The position numbers and the translations under genes were made by a program. Source: an uncultured Thermoanaerobaculia bacterium (lineage in GTDB: Bacteria > Acidobacteriota > JBCCFW01). From it: DNA of 64,000 nt. The number at the start of each line of letters is the position of its first letter. Positions within the stretch are counted from its first letter, which is position 1. The stretch covers positions 30,928-94,927 of the forward strand of contig CAZTIW010000014.1 in the NCBI GenBank assembly GCA_964613915.1, given 5' to 3'. Below the pieces are notes generated by a model. The model was not told the DNA's origin. It made no database searches and was given only the letters and a program-made list of their open reading frames with translations. Positions 39,661-48,978 of the stretch are shown here, piece after piece.

Positions 39661-42600
39661 ATGACCCTGCAACGCCATCTGTTCGGGATTCTCCTCGCCG
39701 TCTCGGTTGCCCTCGTGCCGTCATCGGCCCTCGCCGCTGACTCCGATGGCGACGGCGTGGACGACGCCTTCGACAACTGCGTCGCGACGCCGAACCCGGG
39801 CCAGGCCGACGCCGACGGCGACGGTCGCGGTGACGCCTGCGACAACTGCCCGCTCGCGGCGAACCCCCTGCAGGTGGACGCGGACTTCGACGGATTCGGC
39901 AACGTCTGCGATGTCTGCCCGACCGTGGCCGATCCGGGCCAGGCGGACGGGGACGGCGACGGCGTGGGCGACGCGTGCGACAACTGCCCGGCGGACTTCA
40001 ACCCCGGCCAGTCGGACATGGATGGCGACCTGCTCGGCGATCCGTGCGATCCCGATGCCGACGGCGACTTCCTTCCGGACGGCTTCGACAACTGCCCGCT
40101 GGTCCCGAATCCGCTGCAGGAGAACGCCGACTTCGACCCCTTCGGCGACGCCTGCGACAACTGCCCGACGATCCCCTCGGCCTCGCAAGCGGACAATGAC
40201 GGCGACGGCGTGGGCGACGTCTGCGACAACTGCCCGGCAACCCTCAACGCCTCGCAGGCAGACGCCGACGGCGACAACGTGGGCGATGCCTGCGACAACT
40301 GCCCGTCCGCGAACAACGCCCTGCAGTCCGACAGCGACGGCGACGGCATCGGCGACGCGTGCGACATCTGCCCGGCCGTGTTCGACCCCGCGCAGCCCAA
40401 CTCCGACGGCGATGCCTTCGGCGACGGCTGCGACAACTGCCCCACCGTGACGAACGCGCTGCAGTCCGACCAGGACGCGGACGGCGTGGGCGACGCGTGC
40501 GACGACTGCCCGTTCGCGGCCGATCCCGGCCAGACGGACGCGGACGGCGACCTGGTGGGTGACGCCTGCGACAACTGCCCCTCGATCGTCAACAACACGC
40601 AGGCTGACCAGGACGGGGACGGCGTGGGCGATCCGTGCGACAACTGTCCGTCCACCGCCAACGCGGGCCAGGCCGACGCGGACGGCGACGGGCGCGGCGA
40701 TGCGTGCGACAACTGTCCCGGCAACGCCAACCCGGGCCAGGCTGACGATGACGGGGACGGCCTCGGCAACCCTTGCGACAACTGCCGCTTCATGCCGAAC
40801 CCGCTCCAGGAGAACGCCGACGGCGACTCGCGCGGCGACGCGTGCGACAACTGCGTCAACGTCCCGAACGGCGGTCAGGCCAACACCGATGGCGACGCCT
40901 TCGGCAACGCGTGCGACAACTGCCCGACGGTGGCCTCGCTCGATCAGGCGGATGGCGACGGCGACGGCATCGGCGATGTCTGCGACAACTGCCCGACCGT
41001 GAGCAACGCCTCGCAGGCCGACGCCGACACGGATGGCGTCGGCGACGCCTGCGACCAGTGTCCGGCCATCCCCGACACGGATCGCGACGGCGCGTGCGAC
41101 TTCCGGGACAACTGCCCGCTCACGTTCAACCCGGATCAGGCGGATTCGGACATTGACGGCGAGGGCGACGCGTGCGACGGCTGTCCGTGCGATCCCGCGA
41201 ACGTGAACTCGGACGGCGACGCCATCTGTGACTGCGTGGACAACTGCCCGGGCACGACCAACCCCGATCAGCTCGACACGGATCTCGACCGTCGCGGCAA
41301 CGCCTGCGACAACTGCCCGCTCGTCGCGAACCCGTCGCAGCTGGACACGGACGGCGACGGCCGTGGAGACGCCTGCGACAACTGCCCGACGCGCGTGAAC
41401 CTGTCGCAGCTCGACGCCGACGGCGATGGCTTCGGCAACTCGTGCGACAACTGCGTGTTCATCCCGAACCCCACGCAGCTCGACTCGGACGGCGACGGCT
41501 GGGGCGACGTCTGCGACAACTGCCCCGTGGCGAACCCCACGCAGGCGGACGCCGACGGCGACGGCATCGGCGATGCCTGCGACAACTGCCGGAGCGCGGC
41601 CAACGCGACGCAGATCGATGGCGACGGCGACGGCGTGGGTGACGCCTGCGACAACTGCCCGGCGGTCGCCAACGCGACGCAGGCCAACACCGATGGCGAC
41701 GGCGCCGGCAACGCCTGCGACAACTGCCCGACGGTCGCGTCCGCCACGCAGCTGGACTCGGATGGCGACCTGGTGGGCGACGCCTGCGACAACTGCCCGG
41801 GCATCGCGAACGCGACGCAGGCCAATCGCGACGGCGACGCGCTCGGCGACGCCTGCGACAACTGTCCGACGGTGGCGGGCGCCAGCACGGCCGACAGCGA
41901 CGGCGACGGTGTCGGCGACGCGTGCGACAACTGCCCGTCCTTCCCGAACACGCTCCAGAACGACGTGGACCGCGACGGGACGGGCGACTCGTGCGACAAC
42001 TGTCCCAGCGTCGCGAACCCCCTGCAGCAGGATGGCGACGGCGACGGCGTCGGCGACATCTGCGACACCTGTCCCGCGACCGGCGACAACGATCGGGATC
42101 TGGATGGCCGTTGCGGCGACGTGGACAACTGCCCGTTCGTCGGCAACCCCGGCCAGGAGGACGCCGACGGCGACGGCCTCGGCGATGTCTGCGACGCTTG
42201 CCCGCGTGACGCCGCGAACGACGCGGACGGCGACGGCATCTGCGCGAACTCGGACAACTGCCCGACGGTCTTCAACCCGAACCAGGCCGACGCCGACAGC
42301 GACCGGATCGGCGACGCCTGCGATCCGTTCCCGGGCGACACGCTGAACGACGCCGATGGCGACGGCATCCCGGGCACGATCGACAACTGTCCGAACGTCA
42401 GCAACGCGCTGCAGCTCGACGGCGACGGGGACGGGCGCGGGGATGCCTGCGACAACTGTCTCGCGTTCCAGAACGCCGGCCAGGAAGACCTGAACGTCAA
42501 TGGCCGGGGCGATGCCTGCGAGGTCCGCTACGGCGACGTCGCTCCCGCGGGCATGCCTGACGGGGTGCTCAACGTCGGCGATGTCGTGCGCGCGCTCCGC

Positions 42601-42792
42601 TTCGCGGTCGGCCTCGAGGTGCCGACGCGGTCCGAGCGCGACCGGTGCAACGTCGCGCCGGCGCTGCTGGCGGGCGCCAACCCCCAGATCGCCACCCCGA
42701 CGCAGGCGGCCCCGCGGCAGATCGATGTCTCCGATGTCGTGCTGATGCTGCGGGGCTCGGTCGGCCTGCTCGTCTTCACCGATCCGGTCTGA
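39661..42792 (+). CDS. Secreted thrombospondin-type-3 (TSP3) calcium-binding repeat protein, 1043 aa, with dockerin-like C-terminal segment
   Basis: Signal peptide [25 protein letters not shown]; about 40 tandem copies of D[14 protein letters not shown]; C-terminal paired segments [19 protein letters not shown] and [16 protein letters not shown]. Confidence 0.85.
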   Translation: MTLQRHLFGILLAVSVALVPSSALAADSDGDGVDDAFDNCVATPNPGQADADGDGRGDACDNCPLAANPLQVDADFDGFGNVCDVCPTVADPGQADGDGDGVGDACDNCPADFNPGQSDMDGDLLGDPCDPDADGDFLPDGFDNCPLVPNPLQENADFDPFGDACDNCPTIPSASQADNDGDGVGDVCDNCPATLNASQADADGDNVGDACDNCPSANNALQSDSDGDGIGDACDICPAVFDPAQPNSDGDAFGDGCDNCPTVTNALQSDQDADGVGDACDDCPFAADPGQTDADGDLVGDACDNCPSIVNNTQADQDGDGVGDPCDNCPSTANAGQADADGDGRGDACDNCPGNANPGQADDDGDGLGNPCDNCRFMPNPLQENADGDSRGDACDNCVNVPNGGQANTDGDAFGNACDNCPTVASLDQADGDGDGIGDVCDNCPTVSNASQADADTDGVGDACDQCPAIPDTDRDGACDFRDNCPLTFNPDQADSDIDGEGDACDGCPCDPANVNSDGDAICDCVDNCPGTTNPDQLDTDLDRRGNACDNCPLVANPSQLDTDGDGRGDACDNCPTRVNLSQLDADGDGFGNSCDNCVFIPNPTQLDSDGDGWGDVCDNCPVANPTQADADGDGIGDACDNCRSAANATQIDGDGDGVGDACDNCPAVANATQANTDGDGAGNACDNCPTVASATQLDSDGDLVGDACDNCPGIANATQANRDGDALGDACDNCPTVAGASTADSDGDGVGDACDNCPSFPNTLQNDVDRDGTGDSCDNCPSVANPLQQDGDGDGVGDICDTCPATGDNDRDLDGRCGDVDNCPFVGNPGQEDADGDGLGDVCDACPRDAANDADGDGICANSDNCPTVFNPNQADADSDRIGDACDPFPGDTLNDADGDGIPGTIDNCPNVSNALQLDGDGDGRGDACDNCLAFQNAGQEDLNVNGRGDACEVRYGDVAPAGMPDGVLNVGDVVRALRFAVGLEVPTRSERDRCNVAPALLAGANPQIATPTQAAPRQIDVSDVVLMLRGSVGLLVFTDPV
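39730..42480 (+). repeat. Intragenic tandem array of about 75-bp TSP3 repeat units
   Basis: Recurrent GACGGCGACGGCGTGGGCGACGCCTGCGACAACTGCCCG-like units throughout the CDS. Confidence 0.8.
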
Positions 42793-43494
42793 TCAAGTTT
42801 CGGACGCTGCCTCGGCGCTCGGGCAGAGGGGCGCGAGTTCGCACTGGCCGCAGCGGGGCTTGCGAGACGTGCACGTCTCGCGGCCATGCAGCACCAGCGA
42901 GTGGCTGGTGACGGTCCACTTGTCGCGCGGCAGCACGTCCATGAGATCACGCTCGATGCGGACGGGATCCTCGTGCCGCGTCCATCCGAGGCGGCGCGCC
43001 AGGCGCGAGCAGTGCGTGTCCACGATGATCGCGGGCTGGGAGAACAGCGTGCCGCGCAGGACGTTCGCGGTCTTGCGGCCGACGCCAGGCAGCGCCGTCA
43101 GGGCGTCGAGATCCGTCGGCACCTCGCCGCCATGCCGCTCGCAGAGGGCCATCGCCATGCCGATGAGGTTCTTCGCCTTGCTGCGAAAGAACCCCGTCGA
43201 GTGGACGATGCTCTCGACGTCCGCCGGGTCCGCCTGCGCGAGACGAGCGGCTGTCGGATAGCGCGCGAAGAGCGCTGGCGTGACCATGTTGACGCGGGCA
43301 TCCGTGCACTGCGCCGACAGGATCGTCGCCGCCAGGAGCTGGAACGGCGTGTCGTGGTGAAGCGCCGTCGTCGCCGAAGCATGCAGGCGCTCGAGGATGG
43401 CGATGATCGCCGCGACGCGGGCCGGGTGCGTCGCGCCGCGCGATCGCGCGAGCGTCGGCACGAAGCGCACGCGGCGCCGGGGGCGAGCCTTCAC
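42793..43494 (-). CDS. nth: Endonuclease III (DNA glycosylase/AP lyase)
   Basis: HhH-GPD motif LPGVGRKTANV, catalytic region DTHCSRLARR, [4Fe-4S] loop C-X6-C-X2-C-X5-C; GTG start overlapping the PolX stop. Confidence 0.9.
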   Translation of the reverse strand: MKARPRRRVRFVPTLARSRGATHPARVAAIIAILERLHASATTALHHDTPFQLLAATILSAQCTDARVNMVTPALFARYPTAARLAQADPADVESIVHSTGFFRSKAKNLIGMAMALCERHGGEVPTDLDALTALPGVGRKTANVLRGTLFSQPAIIVDTHCSRLARRLGWTRHEDPVRIERDLMDVLPRDKWTVTSHSLVLHGRETCTSRKPRCGQCELAPLCPSAEAASET

Positions 43495-45239
43495 GCGCGG
43501 TCCCGCGTGAGGGCGCTGGCATCGCGCGTGTTCAGGACGTGCTCCGGCCCGAGTCTCGCCTTGCGAGCGATGTCCACGCCGTGGCGCAGGAAGTCGAGCT
43601 CGCTCACGCGGTGGGCGTCGGGGTTGATGCAGGCGAGGACGCCGGCGTCGGGGAGCCGGCGCGCCTGCCGCCAGTCCATGTCCAGCCTGTTGGGCCAGGC
43701 GTTGATCTCGATGGCCACGTCGTTCTCGCGGCAGGCGCGCAGCACGGCGTCCAGATCGAATCCGAACCCCTCGCGCTTCAGGAGGAGCCGTCCCGTGAGA
43801 TGGCCGATCACGCGCGTGCGGGGATCGGAGGCGGCGCGCACGAGCCGGCGCGTCATCTCGGCTTCCGTCATGCGGAACTGCGAATGGACCGACGCGATGA
43901 CGAAGTCGAAGGCGTCGAGGACCTCGTCCGGGTAGTCCAGCGAGCCGTCGGCCAGGATGTCGGACTCGACGCCGCGGAGGATCCGGATGGTGAACCGCGA
44001 TCGCAGCGCGTCGAGTTCCTCGGCCTGCGCGGCGACGCGCTCGATGCTCATGCCGTTCGCGTAGGCCGCCGTGCGCGAGTGATCCGAGATGCCGACGTAC
44101 TCGTGGCCGCGTTCCTGGGCGCCGGCGATCATGTCGGCCAGCGTGTCGCGGCCGTCGCTCCACGTCGAGTGGACGTGCAGGATCCCGCGCAGGTCGGCGA
44201 GCTCGACCAGGCGCGCCGTCTTCGCGGGCGCGTCGTCCACGTCCGAGGGCTCCTCGCGGATCTCGGGCGGCAGGTACGGCAGGCCCAGCTCGCCGAGAAT
44301 GGCCGCCTCGTCATCGCTTCGGATCAGGCGCTCCGCCGCGCCCGACCCGTCGTCGCCGAAGAGGCCGAACTCGTTGAGCTTCATGCCGCGGCTGCGCGCG
44401 CGCGCCCGCAGGGCCTGGTTGAATTCCTTGCTGCCCGTGAAGTGCAGCAGGGCCGCGCCGCGCTGCGCCGGCGACACGACGATGAGATCCGCCTGCACGC
44501 CCGCGTCGAGCCGCACGCTGCAGCGGTCCTCCCCGGACGACACGACGGAGGTCACGCCGGGCAGCCGCGTGAACGCCGCGACCACGGCGCCGGGGTTGTC
44601 CGACGTCGCGAGCAGGTCCACGTCGCCGATCGTCTCGCGGCGGCGGCGCAGCGAGCCCGCCACGTCGGCCGTCTCCACGCCGGGAAGGCCGCGCAGGGCC
44701 GCGATCAGGTCGGCGGCGATGGACTCGGCTTGCGGGATCAGGCGGCGCGAACGGTTGCGCCTCGCGAACTCGATCCCCTCGAGGATCGTGGCTTCGGATC
44801 TGGCGCCGAAGCCGGTCAGCTCGCGCACGCGGCCCTGCCGGCACGCGTCTTCGAGCTCATCGAGGCTCGCCACGCCCAGGTCCCTGCAGAGCGCCATCGC
44901 CTTGCGCGGACCCAGGCCGGGGATCGTCTCGATCTCGGAGAGACCCGGCGGGAGCCGCGCGCGCAGCTCGTCGAGGTATCGCAGGCCGCCGGTGCGCCAG
45001 AGCTCGGTGGCCTTCTCGACCAGCGCCTTGCCGAAGCCCTTCTGGGCCGCGAGCTCGCCCGAGGCGATCATCTCGCCGAGATCGCCCTCCATCGTTTCGA
45101 GGGCGCGCGCGCCGTTGACGTAGGCGCGCGCCTTGAACGGGTTCTCGCCGAGGGCCTCGAGCATCTCGGCGATCGTCCGGAACGCGTCGGCGACATCCTG
45201 TCGATCCAGCGGGGGAGGCGCGCCGGTGGAGGCCTCCAT
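43491..45239 (-). CDS. DNA polymerase X family protein with C-terminal PHP phosphoesterase domain
   Basis: Pol-beta-like N-terminus with HhH (IPGLGPRKA); PHP domain start HVHSTWSDG; start set at MEASTGAPP, Arg/Ser-rich leader excluded. Confidence 0.85.
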   Translation of the reverse strand: MEASTGAPPPLDRQDVADAFRTIAEMLEALGENPFKARAYVNGARALETMEGDLGEMIASGELAAQKGFGKALVEKATELWRTGGLRYLDELRARLPPGLSEIETIPGLGPRKAMALCRDLGVASLDELEDACRQGRVRELTGFGARSEATILEGIEFARRNRSRRLIPQAESIAADLIAALRGLPGVETADVAGSLRRRRETIGDVDLLATSDNPGAVVAAFTRLPGVTSVVSSGEDRCSVRLDAGVQADLIVVSPAQRGAALLHFTGSKEFNQALRARARSRGMKLNEFGLFGDDGSGAAERLIRSDDEAAILGELGLPYLPPEIREEPSDVDDAPAKTARLVELADLRGILHVHSTWSDGRDTLADMIAGAQERGHEYVGISDHSRTAAYANGMSIERVAAQAEELDALRSRFTIRILRGVESDILADGSLDYPDEVLDAFDFVIASVHSQFRMTEAEMTRRLVRAASDPRTRVIGHLTGRLLLKREGFGFDLDAVLRACRENDVAIEINAWPNRLDMDWRQARRLPDAGVLACINPDAHRVSELDFLRHGVDIARKARLGPEHVLNTRDASALTRDRA

Positions 45240-45243
45240 GGGC

Positions 45244-46443
45244 TCAGGGCGACGGGGCGGCCGCGCGGAGCGGCCGCGTGGCGACGGTCTCGGCGACCTC
45301 GAGCCGGAGCAGGTCGGGATCGCTCGCGTCGAAGCGCAGCCAGGCGAGGCCCTCCGGCACCGGCGTGAAGTAGCGCTCGGGGAACGTCCACGCGCCACCC
45401 TCGCGCACGGCGAGCAGCCCCCACGTCGAGTCGAGACCGGAGGGGCGGGACTCGTCCACCACGACGAGGGCCTCGGTGACGCCGCCCCGGTCGCGCGCGT
45501 CCGTGACCCGGATCCACGTGCCGGCTTCCGGCGGCGCCGGGCGCCCCAGCGAGGTGACGGCGCCCGTGCGCGGATCGGCGGCGATCAGGTCGGTCATCGC
45601 CGCCGTGCCGATCGTGCGCGGGGCGATGAGGAGCCGATCGGCCCCGCCGAAGATCTGCCGCGTGGAGAGAGTCCAGCGGAGATCCGGGCGATCGCCGGCG
45701 AGTTCGACGCGCGCCCACGCCTTGCCATCGGCGGTCGCGACCAGGGCATCCTCGAGCAATCCGCTCTCGAGGGGCGTCACGCGCACTTCGGGCTTGCGCG
45801 GCGCCTCGAGAGGCTCGGGCACGCGGTTGAAGCGGCTGCCGCGGCCGACCCGGGCATGGTCCATCGTGGCCCGGGGCATGATCGCGAGCATGCCCGCCTC
45901 GCTGCCGATCCCGCGCGCCTTCTCGCGGGCGGCGAGGTTCCTCCAGAGGTTCTCGTCGAACGGCTCGACATCCACGTGCATGGCCGCGGCGGTGCCGCGC
46001 GCATCGCCCCACGCGCGAACGCGCCACTCGGCGCCGGGCTCGGCGGCCTCCACGCGGCGCAGGAGCGACGCATCGGCTGCGAGAGGAATGTGGACCTCGC
46101 CCGTGGCCGTCTTCAGTCGCGGCAGGGGGAGGTCCTGGGGCCGGTAGAGCGACATCCAGACCGCCGTGCGCGCGTCGAGGTGCGGCTGCAGCACGCGTCC
46201 GGCCGGGATGGGCGAGCGCTCGTCCGTGTCAGCCCAGCCGAGAGCGCGTCGTTCCTCTCGGGAGTCGCGCGGGGCCGGGTCCGGCGTGGCCGTGCCGCCG
46301 GGAGGAACGAAGACCGGGGTCGCGGGGCGGGCCGGCGCTTCGGCGGCTCGCGCCGGAAGCGGAGCCGTCGCGGCGGCGATCAGCAGGGCGCAGGGAAGAA
46401 GACGAAGCAGCATGAGCCAAAGCCTAGCGCGGCACGGCCGCAA
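45244..46443 (-). CDS. Secreted hypothetical protein
   Basis: Signal peptide LLRLLPCALLIAAATAPLPARA; start is either the non-ATG codon at 46443 or the ATG at 46413. Confidence 0.5.
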   Translation of the reverse strand: MRPCRARLWLMLLRLLPCALLIAAATAPLPARAAEAPARPATPVFVPPGGTATPDPAPRDSREERRALGWADTDERSPIPAGRVLQPHLDARTAVWMSLYRPQDLPLPRLKTATGEVHIPLAADASLLRRVEAAEPGAEWRVRAWGDARGTAAAMHVDVEPFDENLWRNLAAREKARGIGSEAGMLAIMPRATMDHARVGRGSRFNRVPEPLEAPRKPEVRVTPLESGLLEDALVATADGKAWARVELAGDRPDLRWTLSTRQIFGGADRLLIAPRTIGTAAMTDLIAADPRTGAVTSLGRPAPPEAGTWIRVTDARDRGGVTEALVVVDESRPSGLDSTWGLLAVREGGAWTFPERYFTPVPEGLAWLRFDASDPDLLRLEVAETVATRPLRAAAPSP

Positions 46444-46485
46444 ACAGATATGGATGCGCCGTCGGCGCCGCCGCGCATCAACGCA

Positions 46486-46507
46486 GGGGGGACCAGCCGG
46501 TCCCCCC
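46486..46507 (-). terminator. GC-rich hairpin downstream of lipA, possible intrinsic terminator
   Basis: Perfect 9-bp stem GGGGGGACC / GGTCCCCCC with 4-nt loop; no clear U-tract. Confidence 0.3.
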
Positions 46508-46655
46508 TCGGCTGTCGGGGCGGCCCTCCAGCCTCACCCCCTCCCGCCACGCGCTGCGCGCGTGCATGAGGAGTTCGTCCTCCCAAATCATCGCAAGCTG
46601 GCGGGAAGTGGGGGACGAAGAGCCTATCACGCGCCGTCGAGAGGGAGCCGGCGCC

Positions 46656-47609
46656 TCAGCCCGCGGCCTGCTGGAGGGCGCGGACCTGCGAGCCGGCGTG
46701 GTAGCTCGAACGCACGAGCGGGCCGGCTTCGACGTGGCGGAGGCCGAGGGCGCGGCCCTGCTCCGCGAGCGCGGCGAATCCTTCCGGTGGCACGAAGCGC
46801 TCGACGGCCAGGTGGCGGCGGCTCGGGCGCAGGTACTGGCCGAGCGTCAGGATGTCGGTCCCGGCGGCCGCGAGGTCGCGCATGACGGCGACGACTTCGT
46901 CATCCGTCTCGCCGAGGCCGAGCATGAGGCCCGTCTTCGTGATGGCGCCGCTGGCCTTCGCGTGCGCGAGCAGCGCGACGGACCAGTCGTACCGCGCCTG
47001 CGGACGCACGGTGCGGTAGAGGCGCGGAACGGTCTCGGTGTTGTGCGCGAAGACATCGGGCTTGGCCGCGAGGACGATGTCGGCTTGCGCGGTGCTGCCG
47101 CGGAAGTCGGGCACGAGGACCTCGAGCGTCATGTCCGGGCAAGCCTGCTTGACCCGCCGGATGGTCTCCGCCCAGATCGACGCGCCGCCGTCGGCGAGCT
47201 CGTCGCGGTCCACGCTCGTGATGACGGCATGAGCGAGGTCGAGCCGGGAGAGAGCCTCGGCCACGCGGCGCGGCTCATCGAGGTCGGGCGGGGCGGGCCG
47301 GCCGGTCGCGACGTCGCAGAAGCCGCACGATCGCGTGCACGTGTCGCCGAGGATCATCAGCGTGAGCTCGCGCGCGTTCCAGCACTCGCCGATGTTGGGG
47401 CACGAGGCTTCCTCGCACACCGTGTGCAGGTCGAGTTCCTTCACGAGCGACTTGAGGCCGTTGTAGCCCTCGCCGCCCGGCATGCGGACCTTCAGCCACG
47501 GCGGCAGGCGCGGGCGCGGGCCTGACGGGGACGCGGCCGCGTCCTCGACCGGGCGCGCCGGGCCCGAGGGGCGCCGGTGGGGAAGGTCAATCTGCACGAG
47601 GTCGGACAT
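46656..47609 (-). CDS. lipA: Lipoyl synthase
   Basis: N-terminal cluster CEEASCPNIGEC and radical-SAM CTRSCGFC; ATG at 47609. Confidence 0.92.
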   Translation of the reverse strand: MSDLVQIDLPHRRPSGPARPVEDAAASPSGPRPRLPPWLKVRMPGGEGYNGLKSLVKELDLHTVCEEASCPNIGECWNARELTLMILGDTCTRSCGFCDVATGRPAPPDLDEPRRVAEALSRLDLAHAVITSVDRDELADGGASIWAETIRRVKQACPDMTLEVLVPDFRGSTAQADIVLAAKPDVFAHNTETVPRLYRTVRPQARYDWSVALLAHAKASGAITKTGLMLGLGETDDEVVAVMRDLAAAGTDILTLGQYLRPSRRHLAVERFVPPEGFAALAEQGRALGLRHVEAGPLVRSSYHAGSQVRALQQAAG

Positions 47610-47650
47610 CGGCGTGGAGTGTATCGGAGGCGGGGCGTTCAGGCGCCGGG

Positions 47651-47690
47651 GCGGCCCGGATCCGCCCGGATCCGCCCGGATCCGCCCGGG
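47651..47690. repeat. Intergenic 10-bp direct repeat, about 4 copies
   Basis: GCGGCCCGGA TCCGCCCGGA TCCGCCCGGA TCCGCCCGGG immediately 3-prime of the E2 stop and 5-prime of lipA. Confidence 0.6.
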
Positions 47691-48971
47691 TCAGTCCAGG
47701 CTCTGGTCGGGCGTGATGGCCTCGATCGCGCGAGCGAGCCGCTGCAGGAAGCGGGCGGCCGTGGCGCCGTCCATCACCCGGTGATCCCAGGCGATGACGA
47801 CGAAGCACATGGGGCGGATGGCGACGGCATCGTTGCCGTGCGCGTCGGTGACGACGACCACGCGCTTCTTGATCGCGCCGAAGTCAATGATGGCGGCCTG
47901 GGGCTGGTGGATGATCGGCGTGCCGAAGCTGTTGCCGAACACGCCCGGGTTCGTGACGGTGCACGTGCCGCCCTGCATGTCCTCGGCCGCGAGCTGCCGC
48001 GTGCGGGCCCGCTGCGCCACGCGCTGGGCGGCCTCGGCGACCTGCCGGATCGTCATCGCCTGCACGTCGCGCAGGACGGGCACGACCAGGCCGGAGGGCT
48101 CGAGCGCGACGGCCATGCCCAGATGGACGCGGTGGTGCTGCACGATGCCGCGCTCGTCGAGGATCGCGTTGACCTGCGGGTACTCCGCCAGCGCGGTCGC
48201 GCAGGCCTTGAGGAAGAACGCGTTGAAGGAGAGCCCGAAGCCATGGCGCTTCTCGAACGCGGGGCCGAGCGCGCGGCGCGCGGCGACGACGCCGGAGACG
48301 TCCACCTCGGCGACCGTGTTGACGTGCGGCGCGCTGCGCTTGCTCGCGAGCATGTGCTCGGCGATCTTCGCGCGCATGCCGACCATCGGGATGATCGTGA
48401 TGTCGTCGTCCGTGGCGCCGGGAGGCGCCGGGCTCGCCGGGTCCGCCGGGCTCGCCGGGCTCGCCGGGCCCGCGGCGCTTGCCGGGCCCGCCGCGAGCGC
48501 GGCGGTGAGGTCACGCAGCGTGACGCGCCCGCCGCGGCCGCTGCCGGCGATGGCCCGCACGCTCGCCGCGTCGAGCCCGCGCTCGCGCGCGAGCTTTCGC
48601 ACCGCCGGCGACAGGAAGGTCCCGCCGTCCGCGGCGGGAGCCTTCTCCGGGCGGCGCATGACGCCGATCTCGGAAACATGGGGAGGGGACGGCGGAGGGG
48701 GAGTGAGGGTCGGCGCGGTGGCCTCGCCGACGGGCGTCAGGCGCGCCAGGAGCGTCCCGACTTCGACCGTGGCCCCCGCGGGCACCAGGATCTCCGCGAG
48801 CGTGCCCGCGATCGGGGAGGGGACCTCGGCCTCCGCCTTGTCCGTCGAGATCACCGCGACGGCCTCGTCGCGCGCCACCGACTGGCCGGGCTTCTTCAGC
48901 CACTGCACGACCGTGCCCTCGGCGACGGACTGGCCGAGAGCGGGCATGACGATGTCGTTGTCGTGGCTCAT
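47691..48971 (-). CDS. 2-oxoacid dehydrogenase E2 component (dihydrolipoamide acyltransferase)
   Basis: N-terminal lipoyl domain with lipoyl-lysine context (ISTDKAEAEV); Ala/Pro linker; catalytic DHRVMDG. Confidence 0.9.
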   Translation of the reverse strand: MSHDNDIVMPALGQSVAEGTVVQWLKKPGQSVARDEAVAVISTDKAEAEVPSPIAGTLAEILVPAGATVEVGTLLARLTPVGEATAPTLTPPPPSPPHVSEIGVMRRPEKAPAADGGTFLSPAVRKLARERGLDAASVRAIAGSGRGGRVTLRDLTAALAAGPASAAGPASPASPADPASPAPPGATDDDITIIPMVGMRAKIAEHMLASKRSAPHVNTVAEVDVSGVVAARRALGPAFEKRHGFGLSFNAFFLKACATALAEYPQVNAILDERGIVQHHRVHLGMAVALEPSGLVVPVLRDVQAMTIRQVAEAAQRVAQRARTRQLAAEDMQGGTCTVTNPGVFGNSFGTPIIHQPQAAIIDFGAIKKRVVVVTDAHGNDAVAIRPMCFVVIAWDHRVMDGATAARFLQRLARAIEAITPDQSLD

Positions 48972-48978
48972 GCGCGCC

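Noticed and set aside
38847-42500. Minus-strand ORFs 38847-40859 (670 aa) and 41268-42500 (410 aa) with SPxPSxS-type periodicity
   Set aside because: Antisense reading of the TSP3 repeat array; the periodicity is the mirror of the sense repeats. The plus-strand signal peptide and DxDxDG motifs identify the true frame.
43539-45368. 609-aa plus-strand ORF
   Set aside because: Antisense to the PolX gene (PHP and HhH motifs on minus strand).
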